Part shown: positions 19,206 through 27,629 of the stretch, one piece after another
Layout of the letters: every line of letters starts with the position of its first letter
Position numbering within the stretch: the stretch's first letter is position 1
Assembly (NCBI GenBank): GCA_947305775.1
Contig: CAMZEN010000009.1
Location: 2,785 to 66,784, forward strand
DNA: 64,000 nucleotides
Source: an uncultured Verrucomicrobiota bacterium
GTDB taxonomy: Bacteria; Verrucomicrobiota; Kiritimatiellia; RFP12; UBA1067
Direction of reading: 5' to 3'
Made by a program: the position numbers and the translations under genes
Notes under the pieces: generated by a model
Told to the model about the DNA's origin: nothing
Databases searched by the model: none
Seen by the model: the letters and a program-made list of their open reading frames with translations, nothing else

Positions 19206-20435
19206 ATGGCAAAAATGAAAAGGAACGATTGCCGCAAAACTCGCGGCTCGATATTCGACAATAACGGCTATTGGTACGTCTCGGTCAGACTGCCGGGCGA
19301 GGACAAGCGTCACAAGTACCCGCTTTGCGCCCCCGGAAGCGATCACGCCATGCGCAGCGACCGCCCAAGGGAAATGGCGATAGAGGCGGCGCGTAGGCTG
19401 TGGGACGACGCAACCCGCAAGGCTCGTCTTGCGCCGACGGACTCGCGCACCGTCAACGCCGTGTGCGACGCATACATGAGACATGCAGAGGTCTACTATC
19501 ACGGCGGAACAGAAGCGAAGAACCACGCCTATGCGTTGAGCTTCCTTAAGGATATGTTCGGTGCGCGTCCGTTCGGCGAGCTGGTGCATACGGACGTGCT
19601 GCGCTACCGCGATGCGCTGGTGCGCCACGGCTACGCCAGAAAGACGGTGAACCGCTACGTCAGGGTAGTGTGCTGCCAAATGGTGCCGTGGGCGTTCGAC
19701 GAAGGGCTGGTGCTGGCCCACACCCGCGAGGAGTTCGCCCAGCCCGTGCCGCTAAAGCGAGGGCGGAGCGTAGCGCCGGAACGTCCTCCCGTGCGCCCTG
19801 TTGACGACGCCACGATCATGAAGACGGTGGAGAGGATGATGCCGAACACCGCAGACATGGTGCGCGTACACCGGCTTACAGGCATGAGGCCGGAAGAGAT
19901 GTGCTCCCTGCGGTGGGAGGACATAGACACGAGCGCGACCCCTTGGGTCTACCGCCCCAACCACCACAAGAACGAGTGGCGAGGCCAGACGCGCGTGATA
20001 CTCATAGGCCCGAAGGCGCGGGCGATCCTGGACTCCCATCGCGATACGGATCATCCGTTCTCGCCGGTTGCGGCGGTGTACGAAATGATGAAGCGCAAGC
20101 GCGATGCGAGAACGTCGCCGTTCTACCCCTGCCGCGACGAAAACTTTACCCGGAAAAAAGCACATGCGGCACACAGGCCGCGCGAGGCGTGGGATACGTG
20201 CACATACACAAAGACGATCAAGGCGGCCTGTCGCCGGGCTGGAGTGCTTCCGTGGTCGGCCAACCAACTGCGGCACGCGTTCGCAACGGAAGTCCGGCGC
20301 AAATTCGGCCTTGAGGCTTGCCGTGCGGTTCTCGGCCACTCGAACGGGGCTTGCGTAACAGACCGCTATTCATTAGACGCAATAGAGGACGAGACAATCG
20401 AGAAGGCGAAGGTGGCGGTCGAAACGTTGGGGTAG
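19206..20435 (+). CDS. int: Tyrosine integrase
   Basis: Motifs LTGMRPEE, NQLRHAFAT, LGHS..TDRY; adjacent to attL. Confidence 0.93.
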   Translation: MAKMKRNDCRKTRGSIFDNNGYWYVSVRLPGEDKRHKYPLCAPGSDHAMRSDRPREMAIEAARRLWDDATRKARLAPTDSRTVNAVCDAYMRHAEVYYHGGTEAKNHAYALSFLKDMFGARPFGELVHTDVLRYRDALVRHGYARKTVNRYVRVVCCQMVPWAFDEGLVLAHTREEFAQPVPLKRGRSVAPERPPVRPVDDATIMKTVERMMPNTADMVRVHRLTGMRPEEMCSLRWEDIDTSATPWVYRPNHHKNEWRGQTRVILIGPKARAILDSHRDTDHPFSPVAAVYEMMKRKRDARTSPFYPCRDENFTRKKAHAAHRPREAWDTCTYTKTIKAACRRAGVLPWSANQLRHAFATEVRRKFGLEACRAVLGHSNGACVTDRYSLDAIEDETIEKAKVAVETLG

Positions 20436-20544
20436 AAAAAGCCCCGCCATCGTCAGCTCGGGCAAAGCCTACGGCGGGGCGGTGCGGGAAACGAAAGGTC
20501 AACCGCACAAAGCTAAGTATATCACATTCCCTTGGGGGGCATCG

Positions 20545-21135
20545 TCATTGGTCTTCGCAGTCCTCGCAGAACGAGCACTGGCCGTCCTCGCACTTGACCG
20601 TGGCGGTCGCGCCGTCCTTCTTCTGCACTTGGACGGTGCCTGTGGATTTGTCGGACATCATCTTCAGAACGGCGTTCGCCCCCGCTGTGGTCAGAGTGTC
20701 CAAAACGCCCTTGGACGCATCGGTCGCGTTCTTCAGCGCGTCATTGTAGTGTACGTTGATGTCGGGCTTCACGTCCAGCGTCGGGGTCTGCGTCTGGCCG
20801 AAAGTTTCGGACCCGCTCGACTCCAGGCTTTGAGCCTGCGAAAGAATCGTGACGTCGTAGGTGCGTTCCGACTCGGCAAGCTCGACCGTGTTGCTTGCGC
20901 TATTCGCAGTGGACTTCGTGGCTCCGATGTTGACGGCAACCACGCTGTTCTTGATCGTGACGTTCATCGTTTCGGACTTCGCCGCCTGTTCGCCGGGATG
21001 CAGACATCCCGCCACGGCAACTGCGATTGCCAGCGCACACGCGGCTTTCGCGACCGCCTTCTTCACGCGGCCCTTCGTCTTCGCGTTGGCCTTGGCGACT
21101 TTGGCCTTGGTCTTGTCTTTGCAAATCTTGCTCAT
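20545..21135 (-). CDS. Phage lipoprotein (spanin-like position)
   Basis: Basic N-terminus, lipobox-like LAIAVAVAGC, Cys-rich C-terminus; last gene of the late operon. Confidence 0.6.
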   Translation of the reverse strand: MSKICKDKTKAKVAKANAKTKGRVKKAVAKAACALAIAVAVAGCLHPGEQAAKSETMNVTIKNSVVAVNIGATKSTANSASNTVELAESERTYDVTILSQAQSLESSGSETFGQTQTPTLDVKPDINVHYNDALKNATDASKGVLDTLTTAGANAVLKMMSDKSTGTVQVQKKDGATATVKCEDGQCSFCEDCEDQ

Positions 21136-21173
21136 GATCTTCTCCTTGTTGATTTTGTTTACTGTGGAATTGT

Positions 21174-21533
21174 TTACTTCACCTCAAGCCCAAACCATTT
21201 GTTGAAATAGTGCTTGAGGCCCTTGAACTCGATCTTGAAGAAGGTGCGAAGGAACCAACTGTCAATGCCGTCGTAGACGATAGCGACCGCCGGACTGTCG
21301 ATGTCGGGGACATGCTTGTTCACCAAAGACGCGAACGCAGACTGTATCTTGCCGACTTCCGCTTCATCAAGCCTGCCGTCGTTCGCAAAGCCATCGGTCC
21401 ACGTCTTACCGTATTCGATGATGGCGTTGCCGATCTCAACCGCCTTTTTAGACGAGCCGTCAATCGCGCACTGAGCTGCAACCTTCTGAACAACCGCAAG
21501 ATGAGTTGTTTTCAGTATATCATTCGTTTTCAT
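21174..21533 (-). CDS. Hypothetical phage protein
   Basis: 119-aa ORF with SD AAGGAG in the late operon. Confidence 0.7.
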   Translation of the reverse strand: MKTNDILKTTHLAVVQKVAAQCAIDGSSKKAVEIGNAIIEYGKTWTDGFANDGRLDEAEVGKIQSAFASLVNKHVPDIDSPAVAIVYDGIDSWFLRTFFKIEFKGLKHYFNKWFGLEVK

Positions 21534-21573
21534 GTTTACTCCTTTTTTGCCGTCGGCACCATGCCGCCGGAAA

Positions 21574-21915
21574 TCATTCTAAAAACTTCCCGATTGCCGT
21601 TATGCCCATCGCCACGGCTGCACCGGCAAGGAGCACCTTGACGGACACCTTCACAACCCACCGCAAGGTTTCGCCCCACTTCTCCTTTTCGGTTATGATC
21701 CGCTTGTCCAAGTTGTTCATACGCTCTCCAAAGTCGTGCGCAAGGTTCGCAACGGACGCATTGATCGCCCGCATCGCCTCGGCGCCCTGCTTGAACCCGG
21801 CCTGCGTCTCCGCGCGGATGTTGGCGACTTCGCGTTCAAGCACGGTCACGCGCCCCTTCAGCTCGTTCTGCTGCGCGGCAAGTACGCAGCCCTCTTCTGT
21901 CGCCCTCATGCACAT
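21574..21915 (-). CDS. Putative holin-like protein (coiled coil plus C-terminal TM)
   Basis: Heptad-rich N-terminus, hydrophobic VLLAGAAVAMGITAIG; lysis-module position. Confidence 0.55.
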   Translation of the reverse strand: MCMRATEEGCVLAAQQNELKGRVTVLEREVANIRAETQAGFKQGAEAMRAINASVANLAHDFGERMNNLDKRIITEKEKWGETLRWVVKVSVKVLLAGAAVAMGITAIGKFLE

Positions 21916-21930
21916 GACCCTTCAACTCCT

Positions 21931-22056
21931 TTACCCTACGATGTAATCGTACTCCGCCGTGGTTATCGTCCCCTTGTTGACGTACTCTTGGACCTTAGTG
22001 AGCGTAATACGCCCGGCCCTGTATAGCCGTCTCAGCGATTCAACAAACTGTCTCAT
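21931..22056 (-). CDS. XkdX-like small phage protein (41 aa, not in the ORF track)
   Basis: Manual translation MRQFVESLRRLYRAGRITLTKVQEYVNKGTITTAEYDYIVG; start overlaps the upstream stop. Confidence 0.75.
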   Translation of the reverse strand: MRQFVESLRRLYRAGRITLTKVQEYVNKGTITTAEYDYIVG

Positions 22057-22334
22057 CAAAGCACCCCCTCCTCGATAAGCGCCAGCGTGTAGTCGTCGAT
22101 GACCTCCGCCTCGCGCCGCTGTTCAACCTCCATTGCGCCGACGTAGGCCGCGTATGCCGCCTCAGTCATAATCGCAACCTCGCCAGTCCAGAGCGTCACG
22201 GGAGCCGCGCCCTCGCCCTCGCCCTGCACCGTCGTCTCCGTGACGTTGCGCGTCACGCGCAGAAGCCCGTCCTTGAGCTTCTCCGCGGCGGGCGGCTTTC
22301 TGTTCCACTCGCCTCTCCTGAATACGCCGTTCAT
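22056..22334 (-). CDS. Hypothetical phage protein (XkdX-associated)
   Basis: 92 aa, ends IDDYTLALIEEGVL; overlaps the RT stop. Confidence 0.7.
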   Translation of the reverse strand: MNGVFRRGEWNRKPPAAEKLKDGLLRVTRNVTETTVQGEGEGAAPVTLWTGEVAIMTEAAYAAYVGAMEVEQRREAEVIDDYTLALIEEGVL

Positions 22335-23512
22335 AGGTTTGATGTTCCTTTCGTCTTTATGGTTTCGATAAGCTCGCGAATCTTGAGGCTCTTGTTCCTG
22401 CGCCTGTCCCTGTCGGCTATCTTCTGCCGGAGCGCGAAGTATTTAATCTTGCCGCACAGCACCCGCGTGGTGAACGCATTGTAGCTGCCGAACGCACGGA
22501 ACCTGCCGCCGTATGAAATCATCTTGGATGCGTCGAACGCGGTCACGCGCTTCTTCGCCGCCATCTTCCTGCGCATCCTAGCTCCGGCCCTCTGCGCCCG
22601 CAGGAACACGCTGTCGTGGACTTGAAGCGCGCCTTTCTTCGTGAAGTGGAATCCGGTATAGCGCACCTTCCAGCCGTCAGCCGTCTTGAAGGACTTGACG
22701 CAGGGCCGCGCCCCGCCTTTCTTCTTGAGCCGCATCCCGTCCTTCGCAAGAAGCCGCTCAATCTCGTCAACAATCCTGTCAATCTTGCGCTTGTTCGCGT
22801 CCACAAACTCCATGTCGTCAATGAAACGCAGGAACAGGAGTATCGCCTTTTCATCTTTTACGAAATGGTCTATCTTGCTGAGAACGATGTTGACGAACCA
22901 AGGGCTGGTGTAAAGCCCGATGGGAACGCCCGTCCGCTTTATCGTTCCGTCCGGGAGCCGTATTGCGTTCGACCCCAGAACCAAATCTACTATGTGCATG
23001 ACGCGCTTGTCACGAATCTTCGCCGCGATTGCGTCATGTATTGATTCCACCAGAATCGTATCGAAGCACTGCGCAATATCGTGCTCGACGTGATTGCGGA
23101 TGCGCCTAGCGTGCTTGCGCGTCATGCGCGTCACGTACTTCGCCATTCCCTCCTGCCCGCGCCCCGGAATGGAGCCGCAGCTCCAGCGGTAGAACGTCGG
23201 CCCGAAGATGGGCGCAATCACTTGATCTATCAGCAGATGGTGAACCACCTGCTCGTCGAAGTCTGGCTTCACAAGAAGCCGCTCCTTGCGGGCTATGCCG
23301 TCCGAATAAAGCCGCCCTTCGCGGACTTCCGGCGGACGCCACTCGTCGCGCTCCAACATTCCCTTTATGCGCTCGACGGTCGCAGGCATGTCGGCAAGGG
23401 CGCGTTGCACTTCGCGTTTTTTCCTCTTGCCTTTGGCAGCGGCATATATCGCGGCCTCGATGTTGTCGGGGTCGATCATTCTTTGCCATAAGTTGTTGTA
23501 GCTCTTCGCCAT
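22331..23512 (-). CDS. DGR-type reverse transcriptase
   Basis: Motifs KERLL..PDFDEQVVHH, SCGSIPGRG, HDIAQCFDTI, GVPIGLYTSPWFVN, RFIDD; 393 aa; adjacent to the TR. Confidence 0.95.
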   Translation of the reverse strand: MAKSYNNLWQRMIDPDNIEAAIYAAAKGKRKKREVQRALADMPATVERIKGMLERDEWRPPEVREGRLYSDGIARKERLLVKPDFDEQVVHHLLIDQVIAPIFGPTFYRWSCGSIPGRGQEGMAKYVTRMTRKHARRIRNHVEHDIAQCFDTILVESIHDAIAAKIRDKRVMHIVDLVLGSNAIRLPDGTIKRTGVPIGLYTSPWFVNIVLSKIDHFVKDEKAILLFLRFIDDMEFVDANKRKIDRIVDEIERLLAKDGMRLKKKGGARPCVKSFKTADGWKVRYTGFHFTKKGALQVHDSVFLRAQRAGARMRRKMAAKKRVTAFDASKMISYGGRFRAFGSYNAFTTRVLCGKIKYFALRQKIADRDRRRNKSLKIRELIETIKTKGTSNL

Positions 23513-23703
23513 TGCTTCTGCCTGTCTTTGTTTTCGCTTTCCTTGCCTTCCTATGGGCTCGCGCGCTTTGAGGCTTTCGCCTTACTTGCACGCTCCTTCC
23601 TCCGCTCTCGCGGATTGTCGCCCGATTTTCCGGGTCGCCCCGGCGGAAAAGGCAAGATGTTTGTTTGGATATTCTTTTCCCGAACGGCCCGAAAGCCGTC
23701 CCC
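23513..23703 (-). ncRNA. Structured DGR spacer RNA between TR and RT
   Basis: Hairpins AGGC-GAAA-GCCT, TCCGC-GAGA-GCGGA, TTTTCCG..CGGAAAA; long-range complements 23548-23557/23701-23710 and 23542-23549/23649-23656. Confidence 0.6.
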
Positions 23704-23835
23704 ATAGGAATGCGACGCGCCGTAGTTCCAGTTCGCGTTCGACGGAGCGTTGTTCAAGTTGGAAGCAAACAAGCCAGCACGGATGCCGTTCGTGACATTG
23801 CCGCCGCAGTTGAGACACCGCACGCCCGAGTCGGA
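23704..23835 (-). repeat. DGR template repeat (TR)
   Basis: 132-bp ungapped match to 23972-24103; 9 AAC/AAT codons; 15 of 16 mismatches at TR adenines. Confidence 0.95.
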
Positions 23836-23928
23836 AGCACCGAACCCCGCCACACTTAGTCTCACCAATCCCTGAAATCTTCCTTCATCTGTCTTTGCCT
23901 TTCGTTTGAAGTCAACCGTTCTTTGCTC

Positions 23929-23954
23929 TTCCAAGGGGGCAATCCCCCTTGGAA
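23929..23954. promoter_or_regulatory. Hairpin/cruciform downstream of the VR (DGR homing element)
   Basis: Perfect 11-bp stem TTCCAAGGGGG-CAAT-CCCCCTTGGAA just after the target stop codon. Confidence 0.8.
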
Positions 23955-23959
23955 CCCCC

Positions 23960-25678
23960 TTAAGGGGTGTGATAGGAAAGCGACGCGCCGAAGATCCAGA
24001 CCGCGTTCGACGGAGCGGAGTTCAAGGCGGAAGCAAACAAGCCAGCACGGACGCCGTGAGTGACAGAGCCGCCGCAGCAGAGACACCGCACGCCCGAGTC
24101 GGACCAACAAGCATCGCAGAAGTACGATGAATTGGAACCTGCGCCGCCAGCCAGCATCGGTGCGGCCATGCACTTTGAAATGCCCGTCGCCTTGGTCATG
24201 AACGAAGCGTTCCAGTTGGTCGCAACGGTTATGCCCGTGTCGATGTAGCCAGCCGTGTAGTCCGCCGCCGTATCGCTCGTGATGAAGTCGCTCGCCGCAG
24301 AGCCGTCTATCGTCGAGCGCGTCAGCTTGACATATATCTTGCCGTTGATGAGGTTCAGGCCCTGCGGTCTGCGCCAGCGATGGCCCCACCAGTTCTCCAT
24401 GCCGAAGAACTTTGTGTTGATAGGGTTCGACACGCCGGAGTGTCCGTAGAACATTCCCTTCTTCGCGCCTGTGCCGACGTTGTTGGTGAGCGCGGAGGTG
24501 TGTTCGCCCGGCATATAGGCTATCGCGCTCTGGACATCGAGGCGGCGCATGATGAGAACGCCGAGCATCCTTATCAAGTCCTCGTCGGCCCAAGTGGTCG
24601 TCTCCCAGCCCGTGCCGTTGTTGCGTGCATAGGCAAGCTCGGTCGTGGAGCTTGTGTTCGCAAGCGGCTTCGTGGTCGTGTTCGGGATGATAGAGCGCAA
24701 CGTGTTGTTGACGCTTGTGCCCTCGAATATCGGCAGATAGAAGTAGTCGGCGTATTCGCCGTCAGACTTCTTGCAGGGCCAGCACTCGAAACCGCTGTCG
24801 AGCTTCGCATCCGAGAATTGGACGGTGAGCGTTCCGGCTGTCGCGTCACGCACAATCTTGACGAACACCTTGGGGAACTCCATCATCGCGTTGCCGTCGT
24901 AGGAGGTGTTGCTGATGTCGCTCGCCGTCTCGCCGTCCGCCTTGAGGTGGTTGTTGTCGGGGTCGAGGTAGTAGTCCACCGTGCCGTCGCGCTTGAGCAT
25001 ACACGGACGCGGCATGAAGAACGCATCCTTCCAGTCGCCCCAGTGGCAGGAACCTTCCGGCGCGAGGTCAGAGGCCGATGTGTCGGAGTCCGTCACCGAG
25101 AAGTCCACGTAAAGCGGGTCGAAGCCTGCGCAGTCGTCGGCGTAGGTGATGCAGGTCTGTTCGTTTGAATCGTTCTCGTCGAGGACGAACGTGTAGAGCG
25201 TGTACGGCTTAAACACATTCTTGAGCGATTCAGATATGTAGCCGTTCGTGGCGACAGGGAACGCACGGTAAGTCCACTGGTCGCCGTCGGCCTGAGTATC
25301 CTCAAACCATGTTGTGGCGTATTGGTTGCGCGTCGTGGTCTTTACGACAAGCGTGCCGTCGTAGATGGAGGCGGGAGGCGTCGTTCCTTGCTTCTTGAGA
25401 ACCCACGTTTCCTTCCACTCCGCCATCGTGAAGCCCTGCACGACGGTGTTGTTCGGGTCGCGCCAGCGCAGGTAGACCTTGCCGCTCACGGTGTCAACGC
25501 GGCTCGTCGCCTCGAAGCACTGACCGAGCTGGCCTACGCGAAGCCCCGCGAGGGTATTGGACAATCCGCCCATCGAGGTTTCAAGCCCACGGACGCGGGT
25601 ATTGGTATCGTCGCTTACGCCCTTGTGGGCGTCCTGCTTTGCCTCGGTCGCCCAAGGCGGTAGTTCGATTTTAGCCAT
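23960..25678 (-). CDS. DGR target protein: putative receptor-binding protein with FN3-like N-domain and C-type-lectin-fold C-domain
   Basis: VR at the extreme C-terminus; motifs FFGMENWWG, YFCD, GG..GLF..GASLSY; tail-module position. Confidence 0.88.
   Translation of the reverse strand: MAKIELPPWATEAKQDAHKGVSDDTNTRVRGLETSMGGLSNTLAGLRVGQLGQCFEATSRVDTVSGKVYLRWRDPNNTVVQGFTMAEWKETWVLKKQGTTPPASIYDGTLVVKTTTRNQYATTWFEDTQADGDQWTYRAFPVATNGYISESLKNVFKPYTLYTFVLDENDSNEQTCITYADDCAGFDPLYVDFSVTDSDTSASDLAPEGSCHWGDWKDAFFMPRPCMLKRDGTVDYYLDPDNNHLKADGETASDISNTSYDGNAMMEFPKVFVKIVRDATAGTLTVQFSDAKLDSGFECWPCKKSDGEYADYFYLPIFEGTSVNNTLRSIIPNTTTKPLANTSSTTELAYARNNGTGWETTTWADEDLIRMLGVLIMRRLDVQSAIAYMPGEHTSALTNNVGTGAKKGMFYGHSGVSNPINTKFFGMENWWGHRWRRPQGLNLINGKIYVKLTRSTIDGSAASDFITSDTAADYTAGYIDTGITVATNWNASFMTKATGISKCMAAPMLAGGAGSNSSYFCDACWSDSGVRCLCCGGSVTHGVRAGLFASALNSAPSNAVWIFGASLSYHTP
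23972..24103 (-). repeat. DGR variable repeat (VR)
   Basis: Encodes SDSGVRCLCCGGSVTHGVRAGLFASALNSAPSNAVWIFGASLSY versus TR SDSGVRCLNCGGNVTNGIRAGLFASNLNNAPSNANWNYGASHSY. Confidence 0.95.
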
Positions 25679-25690
25679 TGTTGTTCCTTC

Positions 25691-26845
25691 TTAGGTGTCG
25701 TAGTAGATTCCGCCTGTCTCCGGGTCTACCTTGAGTGTGTAGGTAGACTTGCCAAAGAACTTCCAAAGGACGGTGCCAGCGCCGCCGACAAGTGCGAGTA
25801 CGAGCGCAATAAGCCATCCGTAGTTTGACGCATCGGCGGGGTCGCTCGTCCAAACCTTTGTACCGTCCTTGTAGAGCGACACAACGGGGTAGGAGTTGGT
25901 CGTCACCGTCGTCACGATGTTCGTCACGCCGCCCTCGACCGTCTCGGTCGTATTGGTGAAGTATGCGTAGCTCTCAGAGAGCGCAAGGCATATCCCGGCA
26001 GATGGGATTGCCGCGCCCACATCGGCGAATACCACGCAGTCAGACAGGTCTGCCGGAGGCGACACCGCCGCCACGGCGTTAGTGAAGTTGACGTTGTTGG
26101 TAAGCGAGGCGTAGGAATCTGGGAGTGCAGACACCTCATTTGCCGTGTAGGTCGGTTTCGTCTGGGCCTTGGCCCATTGCGGCACGGTCGGGTCTGTTTC
26201 CAGCGAGTTCAGCTCGCTCGTCTGGACTGCGTTGACCGCCTTGTTGCTGACGGTCGAATAGTTGCCAGGCGTGACTTCGGCAAGCTCGGAGCGGCGGACG
26301 ATGCCAGACTGGGAAGAGGTGTCAAAGAGATAATCGGTCGCGGTGCCGTTTCGCTTGACCTCGACGCCGTCGTAGGTATAGGTCGTCATGTTGTTGTCGT
26401 TCATCGTCGAGGCCGTGACGCGCAAACCGCCGACTATCTTGCCGCCCGACATGCCGGCGAGAACCTTGATGTGGCGGCCGGCGTTGCCTTGCACGCCGAG
26501 CCAGTTTTCGGCGGCCGGGCAGATCTCGTTAAGGATATAGCTAGGTTTCGAGGCGGCCTTGGCCCAAGACGACACGGTCGGGTCGGTCTCGGTGCGCAGC
26601 AGGCCGTTGGTGGCGGACGTGACGACGGTATCGGTGTAGTTCGTCGCCGCCGCCGCGGCGACGACAATACCCTCGCGGAGAGTAGAGACGACGGAGTCGG
26701 TATAGTTGGTGGCCGACAACGCTGCGCTGGCAACGGCCTGCGATATCTTGTTGGTGACGAAGTTCTCGGTCGCCGTCCGCACGGGCGCGGCGGCTGCGGT
26801 CAGGATCGCTGCAAGCGCGGCCATTAGTGTTGCGGTTCTTTTCAT
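25691..26845 (-). CDS. Tail-region protein with ETDPTV repeats, signal-peptide-like N-terminus and C-terminal TM
   Basis: MKRTATLMAALAAILTAAAA; ATNYTD twice; ETDPTVxxWAKA twice; WLIALVLALVGGAGTVLW. Confidence 0.75.
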   Translation of the reverse strand: MKRTATLMAALAAILTAAAAPVRTATENFVTNKISQAVASAALSATNYTDSVVSTLREGIVVAAAAATNYTDTVVTSATNGLLRTETDPTVSSWAKAASKPSYILNEICPAAENWLGVQGNAGRHIKVLAGMSGGKIVGGLRVTASTMNDNNMTTYTYDGVEVKRNGTATDYLFDTSSQSGIVRRSELAEVTPGNYSTVSNKAVNAVQTSELNSLETDPTVPQWAKAQTKPTYTANEVSALPDSYASLTNNVNFTNAVAAVSPPADLSDCVVFADVGAAIPSAGICLALSESYAYFTNTTETVEGGVTNIVTTVTTNSYPVVSLYKDGTKVWTSDPADASNYGWLIALVLALVGGAGTVLWKFFGKSTYTLKVDPETGGIYYDT

Positions 26846-27342
26846 CGTTCTATGCCCTCCGAATCGACGCCGACGCTGATTTCACCGAGGTCGTTTACTT
26901 CTGCGGTCAGTTTGTGATACAAGCCCGTCGCCGGGTTGCGGATGTAGGTGTCGGCGGGGATGATCTCTGGCGGCACGGGCGAGCCGTCCGCCGGATTGTC
27001 GCGCACAATGAGCGGCCCCGTTCCGAGCCACCTTGCGTTGCCGTTCGTGTCCATGCCGAGGACGTGGTATTCGAGGGCGTCGGACAAATCGGGGAAGAAG
27101 AAGGGCGCAAGGTAGCAGCGAAACGTGCCGTCCTCTTGGCGTGTCGTCGCCGCCGTGAAGTTCGTGCGGGGCTGATGGGTGGTCGGGTCGTCTGTGCGCC
27201 CGATCTGGACGGTCATGCCGTCTATGTCGTCGGGGATGTCGCCGACGATCCTGAAAACCGCCGAGGACAGTTTGCCGACGAAACAGGTCTCCAGCGGCCT
27301 GTTCAATCGGTCGGCGCGTATTGTGACTTGGTTTTCTTTCAT
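26842..27342 (-). CDS. Hypothetical tail/baseplate-region protein
   Basis: 166-aa ORF overlapping the next gene by 4 nt. Confidence 0.65.
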   Translation of the reverse strand: MKENQVTIRADRLNRPLETCFVGKLSSAVFRIVGDIPDDIDGMTVQIGRTDDPTTHQPRTNFTAATTRQEDGTFRCYLAPFFFPDLSDALEYHVLGMDTNGNARWLGTGPLIVRDNPADGSPVPPEIIPADTYIRNPATGLYHKLTAEVNDLGEISVGVDSEGIER

Positions 27343-27395
27343 GCGGCGGCGTTCCTTTCTACCTTTGGCGGGAAGGTCAAATTGCCGCGGCGGAA

Positions 27396-27629
27396 TCAGG
27401 ACGGCGGATTAAACGGAACGGCCACGCAGTTCGCCGCATCCGTGTAGCAGCCGCCGTTCCTGAAAAATCCATTTATCGCCATAGCCAGCGCGTTCGGGTC
27501 TACGCCGATCGTGATCTTGCCTTGCGACTTTTCAATCTTGACGAGCCATCCGGGTTCAAGGTTCGTGACGGCGGCGAGTTCCTTCATGTCCTCGCCCGTC
27601 ACTTGCGTTATGTACTTTTTCGGCGTCAT
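27396..27629 (-). CDS. Hypothetical phage protein (77 aa)
   Basis: Start MTPKKY overlaps the upstream stop (ATGA). Confidence 0.6.
   Translation of the reverse strand: MTPKKYITQVTGEDMKELAAVTNLEPGWLVKIEKSQGKITIGVDPNALAMAINGFFRNGGCYTDAANCVAVPFNPPS

Noticed and set aside
22331..23512. RT as a group II intron, retron or Abi RT
   Set aside because: No maturase or endonuclease extension; the adjacent adenine-specific TR/VR pair identifies a DGR
23551..23934. 127-aa ORF spanning the TR as a possible Avd or second target
   Set aside because: It is the TR read in the VR frame plus spacer sequence, with no Avd-like helical character; an open TR frame is expected
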